From Flavobacteriales bacterium (GTDB taxonomy: Bacteria > Bacteroidota > Bacteroidia > Flavobacteriales > UBA7312): 64,000 bases of DNA. Location: the NCBI GenBank assembly GCA_965277895.1, contig CBDIDR010000001.1, forward strand, positions 128,074 through 192,073, read 5' to 3'. Below, piece after piece: positions 10,500 through 19,515 of the stretch. The translations under genes were made by a program, and so were the position numbers. Within the stretch, counting starts at the first letter, position 1, and each line of letters begins with the position of its first letter. Under the pieces are notes generated by a model. It saw only the letters and a list, made by a program, of their open reading frames with translations, made no database searches and was not told the origin of the DNA.

Positions 10500-10534
10500 C
10501 AGAAATTACTCTTTGGAGTGATTTCTGTTTTTTT
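10500..10534 (+). terminator. Strong Rho-independent terminator after the orphan tRNA 3' end
   Basis: 11-bp stem cagaaattact / agtgatttctg, loop ctttgg, then seven Ts. Confidence 0.75.
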
Positions 10535-10646
10535 GTTTAGGGATGAGAACCCATGTTCAAGATTTATTACTGTCAAGACAATAAAGACTCTTTGGAAACG
10601 TAATATTAGAGAAAAAATTGACTAGCAGTATTTTAAATTATTTATG

Positions 10647-10654
10647 TAGATTTG
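10647..10654 (+). promoter_or_regulatory. -7 promoter box (TAGATTTG) for the exbB operon
   Basis: Perfect TAnnTTTG, 40 nt upstream of the ATG at 10695. Confidence 0.4.
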
Positions 10655-10694
10655 CGATACTTAAAATTTTAAATCAAATTAAAACAATATCAAA

Positions 10695-11510
10695 ATGAAA
10701 AATCTCTTAGCACTTTTTATGCTGACTATTTCCCTTTCAATAGGCACAAGTCAGGTTTCATATGCTATTACCCAAGATGAAGTTGACACAACTGCCCAAG
10801 TTGAAGAAACACAAACTGTTGAAGAAGAAGTTGTAGAAACAACAACGGAAAAAGCTAGCGCTGAAGTTGCTGAAAACCCTTCTTTTCACCAAGTTATCAA
10901 ACAAAAATTTATTGAAGGTGGCCCATCATTTATGGGTATCGTTCTGTTGTGTCTTATCTTAGGATTAGCACTATGTATTGAGCGTATCATCTACCTAAAC
11001 AAAGCGACTACTAACGCTGACGAATTACTAAACGACATTGAAGGTGCATTATCTTCAGGAAACGTTGAAGGTGCTAAAGAGGTGTGCAGAAACACTGCTG
11101 GTCCTGTAGCGAGTATCTTCTACCAAGGTTTAGACCGTTCAGGTGAAGGTATTGATGTTGTTGAAAAATCAGTAGTAGCATACGGAAGTGTACAAATGGG
11201 ATTATTAGAAAGAGGTCTTTCTTGGATTTCATTATTCATTGCCCTAGCACCTATGCTTGGTTTCATGGGTACTGTAATTGGTATGATTGGTGCCTTTGAT
11301 GCTATTGAAGCAGCAGGTGATATCTCTCCATCTTTAGTTGCTGGAGGTATTAAAGTAGCACTTTTAACAACGGTATTCGGTCTTATCGTAGCGATGATAC
11401 TTCAAATCTTTTACAACTACATCGTTGCTAAAATTGACAGTATCGTAAACACTATGGAAGATGCATCTATTTCTTTCGTAGACATTTTAGTAAAAAATAA
11501 AATCAAATAA
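10695..11510 (+). CDS. exbB: MotA/TolQ/ExbB proton-channel protein with a signal peptide and an acidic N-terminal extension
   Basis: C-terminal two thirds match the ExbB pattern (LALAPMLGFMGTVIGMIGAF..GGIKVALLTTVFGL). The N-terminal roughly 70 aa are rich in Glu, Thr and Val. Confidence 0.88.
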   Translation: MKNLLALFMLTISLSIGTSQVSYAITQDEVDTTAQVEETQTVEEEVVETTTEKASAEVAENPSFHQVIKQKFIEGGPSFMGIVLLCLILGLALCIERIIYLNKATTNADELLNDIEGALSSGNVEGAKEVCRNTAGPVASIFYQGLDRSGEGIDVVEKSVVAYGSVQMGLLERGLSWISLFIALAPMLGFMGTVIGMIGAFDAIEAAGDISPSLVAGGIKVALLTTVFGLIVAMILQIFYNYIVAKIDSIVNTMEDASISFVDILVKNKIK

Positions 11511-11513
11511 AGC

Positions 11514-11852
11514 ATGTCAGATTTTCTAATCAACGCTGGATTGATTCTTACCTACATAATGATAGGCGTTGCTGCTCTTGCAGCCATCGTTTATCCGCTT
11601 ATGTTCTTGGCAAAGAATCCGTCCAAAGGCAAAAACGCGCTGATGGGAGTGGGTGGATTGGTGCTTATTTGCATCGTCTCATACATTATCGCATCAGGAG
11701 ATATTATGAACTTCCCTGGTTCTGAAAAGTTTGGAATGACTGAAGGCTCTACCAAAAGAGTGGGAATGGGTTTAATTACCTTTTACATCCTTTCTATTGG
11801 AGCCATTGTTGCAGTTCTTTATGCTGAACTAGGAAAACTATTTAAAAAGTAG
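11514..11852 (+). CDS. Small polytopic membrane protein of unknown function
   Basis: 112 aa with three or four hydrophobic spans, tightly packed between exbB and exbD. Confidence 0.6.
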   Translation: MSDFLINAGLILTYIMIGVAALAAIVYPLMFLAKNPSKGKNALMGVGGLVLICIVSYIIASGDIMNFPGSEKFGMTEGSTKRVGMGLITFYILSIGAIVAVLYAELGKLFKK

Positions 11853-11856
11853 AACT

Positions 11857-12402
11857 ATGGCAAGAAGAGCAAAAGGCGCATCGGAAATCAATGCAGGCTC
11901 TATGGCCGATATTGCTTTCTTACTTCTTATCTTCTTTTTGGTAACCACTACCATGGACGTAGATACGGGATTGGCTCGTAAACTACCTCCAATGCCTGAA
12001 GAAGAAATTGAACAAGACGACTCTCAAATTAAAGCCAAGAACATCTATGTAGTTCTTATCAACTCAAACAATCAGTTGCTGGTTGAAAATGAATTCCTAG
12101 ATATTTCTCAGCTTAGAGCTGGGGCCAAAGCCTTTATTAACAATAACGGCAGAGACCCCGAATCATCAGATAATCCACAAAAAGCCATTATATCATTGCA
12201 AAATGATAGAGGTACTTCATACGAAACCTACATACAGGTGCAGAATGAATTGGCCGCAGCTTATCGTGAATTAAGAGATGCCAGTTCAATGAAAAAGTTT
12301 GGTTTGATGTACAGCGATTTATCGAAGCGTCAACAAAAGGAAGTTAGAAAAGAATATCCCCAAAAGATTTCTGAAGCAGAACCTAAAAACATAGGAAAAT
12401 AA
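11857..12402 (+). CDS. exbD: Biopolymer transport protein ExbD/TolR
   Basis: N-terminal ADIAFLLLIFFLVTT TM segment typical of ExbD. Confidence 0.85.
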   Translation: MARRAKGASEINAGSMADIAFLLLIFFLVTTTMDVDTGLARKLPPMPEEEIEQDDSQIKAKNIYVVLINSNNQLLVENEFLDISQLRAGAKAFINNNGRDPESSDNPQKAIISLQNDRGTSYETYIQVQNELAAAYRELRDASSMKKFGLMYSDLSKRQQKEVRKEYPQKISEAEPKNIGK

Positions 12403-12404
12403 TT

Positions 12405-12872
12405 ATGTCTAAGTTTAAAAAAGATAACAACAAAGATACTCCGGGTATCTCAACAGCATCCTTACCTGATATTGTTTTTATGCTGTTATTTTTCTTCATG
12501 GTAACAACCGTAATGCGTGAGACAACCATCATGGTAAAACAAAGTCTTCCGCAAGCCAGTGAAATCCAAAAATTGGAGAAAAAATCTTTAGTAAGCTACA
12601 TTTACATAGGTAGTCCTGTTGAGCGAATGCAAACAACTTACGGAACTAAAGCCCGTATTCAATTGAACGATGCTTTTGCTACTGTGGATGACATTCCTCA
12701 ATACATCACAGCAGAACGTGCTGCAAGAGATGAAAAAGAGGTGCCTTTTATGACAACTTCTATCAAAGTAGATAAAGACACTAAAATGGGAATCGTAACG
12801 GACGTAAAACAAGAACTCCGTAAGGCTAACGCCCTCAAAATAAATTACTCTACGAGAAAAGCGGTACAATAA
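12405..12872 (+). CDS. exbD: Biopolymer transport protein ExbD/TolR (second copy)
   Basis: LPDIVFMLLFFFMVTT TM segment; 155 aa. Confidence 0.85.
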   Translation: MSKFKKDNNKDTPGISTASLPDIVFMLLFFFMVTTVMRETTIMVKQSLPQASEIQKLEKKSLVSYIYIGSPVERMQTTYGTKARIQLNDAFATVDDIPQYITAERAARDEKEVPFMTTSIKVDKDTKMGIVTDVKQELRKANALKINYSTRKAVQ

Positions 12873-12891
12873 GATTTTCAAGAAATAATTT

Positions 12892-12916
12892 AAGCCCTCT
12901 TTGGAGGGCTTTTTTT
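12892..12916. terminator. Bidirectional terminator between the exbD and CPBP protease genes
   Basis: aagccctc-tttg-gagggctt followed by a T run. It sits between convergent stops. Confidence 0.7.
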
Positions 12917-13802
12917 ATGCCCTTTTGAGAGAAATTTCTCTAAGCAAATACAACAATAATCCCACTGAAAGAAAGGAAATCAATAGCATAGACGTTTGTC
13001 CCTCATTAACCCCTATCGTTTCAACATCTACTGCTAGCCTTCCCTTTGCAACCATATAAAATAGGATTACCGCCACCCCATTATTCACAAAATGAGCTAG
13101 AATTGGAAGCCAAATGGAACCGCTCCAATAAAACATGTAACCCAAAAGACCACCAATTAAAAAACGAGGGAAAAAACCTAAAAACTGTAAGTGCATAGCA
13201 CTAAAGAGAAATGCCGTTATCCAAATACTCAAATGAACTTTACCACTCCATTTTGATAACTCTTTTTGAATAACTCCTCTGAAAAGTAATTCTTCACCCA
13301 AAGCAGGTATAATAGCAATAATGAGAATATTTACCGCTAAGCCAAGCGGAGTATTAACCGCTAAAAAGGCTTCAGTAATCGCCATCGCTTTAGCCTCCGC
13401 CGCTCTCATCCAAGCCTCTACCGACTCCAAAAAGGCAGGCAAATGCAACTGCTCATTCCAAAGCGATAAGCCATTGATTAAGGGCATGGTAAAAAACATA
13501 ATCACAGCGGTTAGCATCAACTGCCGTCGGCTAACAGATTTAAAAGACAGTGAATTGCCACTTAAGTATGCAAAAAGAAATGGAGGCACAATAAATATTC
13601 CCACCGAACTCCAAGCCTGTAAAAACTTCAATGAAAAAATGGTTTTTTCATTTTGCAAATCAGTCAATGAAGAGGCTCCAAATAGTAGTGAGCCTGACAT
13701 CCCTATAAGGTTCGCCACAAAAAAACAAACAAAGATGAGAAGGAATAATAGAAAAAACTGCTTGGATAACGAATGTGATTGATAAATCCCTTTCAGCTTC
13801 AT
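12915..13802 (-). CDS. CPBP family intramembrane glutamic endopeptidase (CAAX protease-like)
   Basis: EELLFRG, FSAMH and HFVNN motifs in a polytopic membrane protein. Confidence 0.85.
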   Translation of the reverse strand: MKLKGIYQSHSLSKQFFLLFLLIFVCFFVANLIGMSGSLLFGASSLTDLQNEKTIFSLKFLQAWSSVGIFIVPPFLFAYLSGNSLSFKSVSRRQLMLTAVIMFFTMPLINGLSLWNEQLHLPAFLESVEAWMRAAEAKAMAITEAFLAVNTPLGLAVNILIIAIIPALGEELLFRGVIQKELSKWSGKVHLSIWITAFLFSAMHLQFLGFFPRFLIGGLLGYMFYWSGSIWLPILAHFVNNGVAVILFYMVAKGRLAVDVETIGVNEGQTSMLLISFLSVGLLLYLLREISLKRA

Positions 13803-13819
13803 AGAAAATAATATTTAAT

Positions 13820-13827
13820 TAGTTTTG
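13820..13827 (+). promoter_or_regulatory. -7 promoter box (TAGTTTTG) for dusB
   Basis: Perfect TAnnTTTG. The TTG start used by the ORF track (13825) is part of this box, so I use the ATG at 13834. Confidence 0.45.
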
Positions 13828-13833
13828 CAAAAG

Positions 13834-14829
13834 ATGAGTGTAAAGATAGGTAATATCGATTTAGGAGAATTTCCGCTGCTGTTAGCTCCAATGGAAGACG
13901 TAAGCGACCCTCCCTTCAGAGCGTTGTGCAAAAAAAATGGTGCTGACGTAATGTATACCGAATTCATCTCTTCGGAGGGACTCATTAGAGATGCCGTAAA
14001 GAGTACGCAAAAATTAGACTTCTTCGACTACGAACGCCCATTGGCTATCCAAATTTTCGGACACGATATTGAGTCTATGAAGCAAACCACTCGAATATGC
14101 GAGAAGGTAAATCCTGACTTTATTGATATCAACTACGGTTGTCCTGTAAAGAAGGTAACTTGTAAAGGTGCTGGTGCAGGAATTTTACAAGATATTCCTA
14201 AAATGGTATCTATGACTAAAGAGATTGTCAATTCTACCCACCTACCAGTAACTGTAAAAACAAGACTCGGCTGGGACGATAACAGCAAGCATATAGTTGA
14301 AGTTGCCGAACGCCTGCAAGATGTTGGTATAAAAGCCATAGCCATACACGGACGAACGCGAAAACAAATGTATAAAGGGGAAGCCGATTGGAGTTTGATT
14401 GCCGACGTGAAAAACAACTCACGCATGAATATTCCAGTCTTTGGGAATGGTGACGTAGACAGTCCAGAAGCAGCTAAACTAAAAAGAGACAAATACGGCA
14501 TTGATGGCATAATGATTGGCCGTGCAGCCATTGGCTACCCATGGATATTTAATGAGATAAAACACTATTTAAAGACCGGCGAATATCTAGAAAAGCCAAC
14601 GATGTTGGATAGAATAAAAACGTGTAAAGAGCATTTAGAATTTTCGCTTAAATGGAAAGGACCTATTCTTGGCGTAGTAGAAACGCGACGACACTACACC
14701 AATTATTTCAAACACATTCCAAACTTCAAAGAATACAGAATGCGACTGGTAACTACTCAAGAACCTGAAGAACTTTTTGATATTCTGGATGAAATAAAAA
14801 TGAAATTTGGTGATTATGCATTTGTTTAA
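13834..14829 (+). CDS. dusB: tRNA dihydrouridine synthase
   Basis: LAPMEDVSDPPFR..DINYGCPV..VKTRLGWD..AIHGRT motifs. Confidence 0.9.
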   Translation: MSVKIGNIDLGEFPLLLAPMEDVSDPPFRALCKKNGADVMYTEFISSEGLIRDAVKSTQKLDFFDYERPLAIQIFGHDIESMKQTTRICEKVNPDFIDINYGCPVKKVTCKGAGAGILQDIPKMVSMTKEIVNSTHLPVTVKTRLGWDDNSKHIVEVAERLQDVGIKAIAIHGRTRKQMYKGEADWSLIADVKNNSRMNIPVFGNGDVDSPEAAKLKRDKYGIDGIMIGRAAIGYPWIFNEIKHYLKTGEYLEKPTMLDRIKTCKEHLEFSLKWKGPILGVVETRRHYTNYFKHIPNFKEYRMRLVTTQEPEELFDILDEIKMKFGDYAFV

Positions 14830-15340
14830 ACCTTTATCCTTTTTACTTATTGGGACTATCGTATTAATGTCATCCTGCACAAAAGAAGAAGGTTGCACTG
14901 ATATGCTAGCGCTAAATTATAACTTAAATGCGCTTGAGGATAATGGTTCTTGTAACTATTTGAGTGAAAATTTTGTAGGTGTATATTATATTAATGATAG
15001 TATTACTGGTGGCATGATACCTGGTGAATGGAAAGCAGAACGAAACTATACATTAGAAATCGTTCAAAATGAAAATAGTCCAAGTCAAATTATTTTAAAA
15101 AATTGGGCGAATATTTACACTTATGCTGATAACCCGTCAGAGAACTATACACAAGTTACTGCAGAAGTGGATGGAGACAGTTTGTTTGTCAACTCACAAG
15201 AAATAAATAATACTGAAGGCTATTACGCTCATAATAGCTTCGGTATGATAATAGGAGATTCTATTTTTTACAATTTTGAATACGAAAACTTTTTTGGAGA
15301 GGTTTTTTGGGGTATAGCTAGCGGAATTAAAGTACAATGA
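14816..15340 (+). CDS. Hypothetical lipoprotein
   Basis: Lipobox LMSSC after a hydrophobic leader. The ATG at 14816 is preferred over the TTG at 14807. No family recognised. Confidence 0.6.
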   Translation: MHLFKPLSFLLIGTIVLMSSCTKEEGCTDMLALNYNLNALEDNGSCNYLSENFVGVYYINDSITGGMIPGEWKAERNYTLEIVQNENSPSQIILKNWANIYTYADNPSENYTQVTAEVDGDSLFVNSQEINNTEGYYAHNSFGMIIGDSIFYNFEYENFFGEVFWGIASGIKVQ

Positions 15341-16062
15341 AAGAAACTAGAATAAATAAATACCTCAGCGAGGCAGGCTATTGCTCACGAAGAGCTGCCG
15401 ACAAGCTCATTGAAGATGGTAGAGTTACTATTAATGGTGAGGTGCCACTTATGGGTACTAAAATTGTAGAAGGTGATGTCGTAAAAGTAGACGGTAAAAG
15501 CGTTGTCAAAAAGGATGAAAAAGCCGTTTACCTCGTGTTAAATAAGCCAAGAGGAATTGTGTGCACTACGGACACTCGAGTAGAAAAAGACAATATTATT
15601 GATTTTCTAAACTATCCAAAACGCATCTTCCCAATCGGAAGACTTGACAAAGCCAGTGAGGGACTTATCTTACTGACCAATGATGGCGATATCGTCAATA
15701 AAATACTGAGAGCAAGAAATAACCACGAGAAAGAATACATCGTTCAAGTCAACAAACCCATCGACAAAGACTTTGTTAAAAAGATGAGTCAGGGTGTACC
15801 TATATTAGATACCATCACACGACCATGTAAAGTAGAACAACTCAGTAGAGTACGTTTCAAAATTATTCTTACCCAAGGGCTAAACCGACAAATACGCCGA
15901 ATGTGCGAATACCTCGGCTACCACGTACAGCAGCTCAAACGAGTACGAATAATGAATATTCATTTGGACTTACCCAACGGAAAATACAGGGAAATGACGA
16001 AAGAAGAATTCAGAGATCTCAATAATTTGTTGGCAGACTCCTCTAAAACAATAGATGATTAA
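15337..16062 (+). CDS. rluF: 23S rRNA pseudouridine synthase (RluF/RsuA family)
   Basis: S4 domain (RINKYLSEAGYCSRRAADKLI) and catalytic GRLDKASEGLILLTNDG. Confidence 0.85.
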   Translation: MKETRINKYLSEAGYCSRRAADKLIEDGRVTINGEVPLMGTKIVEGDVVKVDGKSVVKKDEKAVYLVLNKPRGIVCTTDTRVEKDNIIDFLNYPKRIFPIGRLDKASEGLILLTNDGDIVNKILRARNNHEKEYIVQVNKPIDKDFVKKMSQGVPILDTITRPCKVEQLSRVRFKIILTQGLNRQIRRMCEYLGYHVQQLKRVRIMNIHLDLPNGKYREMTKEEFRDLNNLLADSSKTIDD

Positions 16063-17258
16063 AGCAGCTGTTTGCTCAATTGCCTTGACGGAATAATACT
16101 TGCTATACTCCCTATTCCCATAACCACTGCAAGGACTACTAAAACATCAATAGCTTCTACAACCACCGGATAACTATCCACAACAAAAGACCCATTACCC
16201 ATTTTGACTACTCCAAAATAGATTTGTACATAGGCTATCGCCAAACCGAATACTAAACCAATAATAGCTCCCAAAGCCGTAGTCAAAAGCCCTTCATAGA
16301 AGAATATATTTTTTATTAATGCCCGACTGGCTCCAAGATTAGAAAGCAATTCTATATCCTTCTTCTTTTCAATCAATAACATCGTTAGTGAGCCAATAAT
16401 ATTAAAAGTGGCAATGATTAAGATAAAGGTTAATATGAGGAAAACAGCTAACTTTTCAGAACTCAATATTTTATAAAGGAAAGCGTGTTGCTCAAATCGG
16501 CTTTTTACCGTAAACTGACTTCCCAGCACCTCTTGTAAGTCGGCTTGAACACTTTCTATTTCCGAATCGCTACATCTTATTTCAAGAGAAGAAGACTGAC
16601 CTTCTCTGTTTAATATTTCTCTAATAAAAGATATTGGAGCGATAACGTATTCAGCATCAAAATCGGCTTGAATATTAAACACCCCTACGGGTACAATACT
16701 CTTTTGAATGAAAGATTCTTCAGGACGTAAAAGGTTGTTTTTTTCTCTATCTGGAACATACACTTGCAGTTGATCAAACGCATTTCCGATACGCATAGAC
16801 AGGTAGTAAGCCACCCCTTGCCCTACTATGGCTGTGTTCTTTGACTCATAAACGTCCATGTATTCGCCAGCAATGAGCATACTATCTACGGAGTTAATTA
16901 GTTTAAAATTATCGTCAACACCCTTTAGGGTAGCGATGTATTCCTTTTCTTGATAGCGAAGTAATACTTTTTCTTCCAAGACCTCAGAATAGAGAATATT
17001 ATGTTCATTGAGGTAAGCCTTGGCCTCTTCAAAATCAGATACTTTACCTTCTAAAACAGATACTTTTATGGGTGGATCAAAGGAATTGTAAAGCGATAAA
17101 ATAAGTTGTTCAAAACCGTTGAAGACTGACAAAACCAAAACCAAAGCTGCAGTACCAACCGCCACGCCAATCATCGACGCTAAACTTACAAAATGAACTA
17201 CGGTTTTAGATTTTTTGGCAAACAAATACCGCTTAGCTATGTATAAGGCAACTCTCAA
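16059..17258 (-). CDS. FtsX-like ABC transporter permease (LolC/E family)
   Basis: YIAKRYLFAKK N-terminus, large periplasmic loop, C-terminal FtsX TM bundle. Apparent TTG start 2 nt after the rbfA stop. Confidence 0.8.
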   Translation of the reverse strand: MRVALYIAKRYLFAKKSKTVVHFVSLASMIGVAVGTAALVLVLSVFNGFEQLILSLYNSFDPPIKVSVLEGKVSDFEEAKAYLNEHNILYSEVLEEKVLLRYQEKEYIATLKGVDDNFKLINSVDSMLIAGEYMDVYESKNTAIVGQGVAYYLSMRIGNAFDQLQVYVPDREKNNLLRPEESFIQKSIVPVGVFNIQADFDAEYVIAPISFIREILNREGQSSSLEIRCSDSEIESVQADLQEVLGSQFTVKSRFEQHAFLYKILSSEKLAVFLILTFILIIATFNIIGSLTMLLIEKKKDIELLSNLGASRALIKNIFFYEGLLTTALGAIIGLVFGLAIAYVQIYFGVVKMGNGSFVVDSYPVVVEAIDVLVVLAVVMGIGSIASIIPSRQLSKQLL

Positions 17259-17260
17259 TT

Positions 17261-17599
17261 CTATTCCTTTAGTAAATCTTCAATCTGCTGAGAATAGTCA
17301 ACCGAATCGTCTAAAAAGAATTTGAGTTCTGGAACTTTACGCATTTGATTGCGAATACGCTGTCCTAATTTTTTACGAATAGCATACCCTTGCTTGTTCA
17401 TTCTTTCAAGCAAAGCATCCTTATCATCAGTGCCAAACACACTGACATATACTCTAGCAATGGACAAATCTGGCGATACACGCACTACTGTAACTGACAC
17501 AAAAGAAGTGCCAATCAAATCCCTTCCATGCAATTGCAGAATTTCAGATAAATCTTTCAGCAATTGTCTCGAAACCTTCTTCTGTCTTGTACTTTCCAT
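17261..17599 (-). CDS. rbfA: Ribosome-binding factor A
   Basis: 112 aa; VTVVRVSPDLSIARVYVSV..VPELKF pattern. Confidence 0.88.
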   Translation of the reverse strand: MESTRQKKVSRQLLKDLSEILQLHGRDLIGTSFVSVTVVRVSPDLSIARVYVSVFGTDDKDALLERMNKQGYAIRKKLGQRIRNQMRKVPELKFFLDDSVDYSQQIEDLLKE

Positions 17600-17641
17600 A
17601 CAACAAAGATAAATTTTTAGAACCTTAAAAGAGCATTTTAA

Positions 17642-17649
17642 TACATTTG
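17642..17649 (+). promoter_or_regulatory. -7 promoter box (TACATTTG) for the ABC exporter gene
   Basis: Perfect TAnnTTTG ending 4 nt before the ATG at 17654. Confidence 0.45.
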
Positions 17650-17653
17650 CATA

Positions 17654-19474
17654 ATGAAAGATTTTTTTAAAGTCTTACGATTCGCCAAACCTTACTGGGT
17701 TTATGCCGTATTTAACATCGTCTTTAATATCCTAACGGTTATCTTTTCATTGGTATCCATTACCATGATAATTCCGTTTTTAGGCTTACTATTTGGCACA
17801 CAAGAAAAAGTATATGAAGCTCCTGAATTGAGTTTTAGTACATCATCAATCACCGAGAACTTCTATTTTCAAATCACAAAAATTATAGAAACAAGAGGAC
17901 AAATCGACGCCTTATTATTCATCTGCCTATTGGTGTTAGTGATGTTTATGTTCAGAAATTTGTTTAGGTATTTAGCCCTTTACTTTCTTACTCCTATAAG
18001 AAATGGTGTAGTAAGGGATATGCGTAATGCCCTTCACAAAAAAGTCTTGTCCTTACCACTTGGCTTTTATACTGAAAAAAGAAAAGGTGATATTATTGCC
18101 CGAATGACTACTGATTTAGTCGAAATTGAATGGTCAATAATGAGTTCGTTGGAAATGATATTCAAAGACCCATTAAATATTATCATCTTCTTAGCCACTC
18201 TAATTGTCATCAGTCCACAGCTCACGATTTTCGTTATCGTATTATTTCCTATTGCAGGATTTTTAATTGCACGTATTGGAAAAAGCCTCAAAAAATCATC
18301 AGATAGAGGGCAGAACAAAATGGGCGAACTCCTTTCTAATATCGAGGAAAATATAAGAGGGCTACGCATAATAAAAGGATTTCATGCTGAAGAAAAAATT
18401 CAAGAAAAATTTGAAGAAAACAGCGACGATTACCGCCATATAATGACTAAGCTACTGCGTAAAAAAGATTTATCATCTCCAATGAGTGAGTTTTTGAGTA
18501 CCATCGTTTTAGTCTGTGTTATGTGGTTTGGCGGGCAACTGGTACTAGGTGCTGAAAATGCATTATCGCCAGAAGCCTTCATCGGTTATATTGCTATATT
18601 TTCACAAATTATACCTCCTGCTAAGTCCTTTACTACTGCCTTTTATTACCTCCAAAAAGGAAGTGCATCTGCTGAAAGAGTACTAAGTATCTTAGAAACA
18701 GATAACCCCATAAAAGAGCCTAAACAACCCAAAGGGAAAAACAATTTTGAGTCGAGCATAGCGTTCAAAAATGTGTCCTTTCAGTACGATACTCAAGCTG
18801 TTCTAAAAAATTTAAGCCTTGAAATACAAAAAGGGAAAAGCATCGCCCTTGTGGGTGAATCAGGCAGTGGGAAATCTACCATTGCAGATTTGCTCTCTCG
18901 TTTTTACGACATTGAAGAAGGCGAAATATTAATCGACAACATCAACATAAAAGACTACAAACTGACCGACTTGAGAGGATTAATGGGCATCGTATCACAA
19001 GACTCCATCCTATTCAACGACAGTGTCTTTAACAACATCACCCTCGGCAACGAAAATGCAGATAAAGAAGAAGTGATTGCCGCAGCCAAAGCTGCCAATG
19101 CCCATGAATTTATTATGGAAATGCCAAAAGGTTATGACAGTAATGTGGGTGAAAATGGAGCAAAGCTTTCTGGCGGACAAAAGCAACGCATAAGCATAGC
19201 ACGTGCTATCTATAAGAATCCGCCTATTTTGATATTGGATGAGGCCACCTCATCATTGGATACCGAATCTGAAAAACTAGTGCAAGATGCACTTGGCAAA
19301 CTCATGAAAACACGCACTTCATTAGTCATTGCTCACCGATTGTCTACAATTCAAAATGCCGATAATATCATACTGATTAAAAAGGGAGAAATTCTAGAGC
19401 AAGGCACTCACGAGGAACTGACTCTAAAAAATGGAGCCTATAAGAAGCTCATCGATTACCAAAATTTCAGCTAA
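17654..19474 (+). CDS. ABC transporter permease/ATP-binding protein (MsbA-like exporter)
   Basis: Six-TM domain followed by Walker A GESGSGKST, signature LSGGQKQR and Walker B ILILDEATS. Confidence 0.88.
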   Translation: MKDFFKVLRFAKPYWVYAVFNIVFNILTVIFSLVSITMIIPFLGLLFGTQEKVYEAPELSFSTSSITENFYFQITKIIETRGQIDALLFICLLVLVMFMFRNLFRYLALYFLTPIRNGVVRDMRNALHKKVLSLPLGFYTEKRKGDIIARMTTDLVEIEWSIMSSLEMIFKDPLNIIIFLATLIVISPQLTIFVIVLFPIAGFLIARIGKSLKKSSDRGQNKMGELLSNIEENIRGLRIIKGFHAEEKIQEKFEENSDDYRHIMTKLLRKKDLSSPMSEFLSTIVLVCVMWFGGQLVLGAENALSPEAFIGYIAIFSQIIPPAKSFTTAFYYLQKGSASAERVLSILETDNPIKEPKQPKGKNNFESSIAFKNVSFQYDTQAVLKNLSLEIQKGKSIALVGESGSGKSTIADLLSRFYDIEEGEILIDNINIKDYKLTDLRGLMGIVSQDSILFNDSVFNNITLGNENADKEEVIAAAKAANAHEFIMEMPKGYDSNVGENGAKLSGGQKQRISIARAIYKNPPILILDEATSSLDTESEKLVQDALGKLMKTRTSLVIAHRLSTIQNADNIILIKKGEILEQGTHEELTLKNGAYKKLIDYQNFS

Positions 19475-19493
19475 CTTTTTTCTCATTTCTTAT

Positions 19494-19501
19494 TATATTT
19501 G
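19494..19501 (+). promoter_or_regulatory. -7 promoter box (TATATTTG)
   Basis: Perfect TAnnTTTG, 14 nt upstream of the ATG at 19516. Confidence 0.4.
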
Positions 19502-19515
19502 ATGCACATTCATTT

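Noticed and set aside
10440-10625. 61-aa plus-strand ORF between the tRNA and exbB
   Set aside because: It runs through the orphan tRNA 3' end and a strong terminator hairpin, has a low-complexity composition, and has no promoter box in front.
13321-13782. 153-aa ORF antisense to the CPBP protease gene
   Set aside because: It is fully nested antisense to a gene with clear family motifs. Its composition is typical of shadow ORFs, and no independent signals support it.
14133-14531. 132-aa ORF antisense to dusB
   Set aside because: Shadow ORF inside a well-supported gene.
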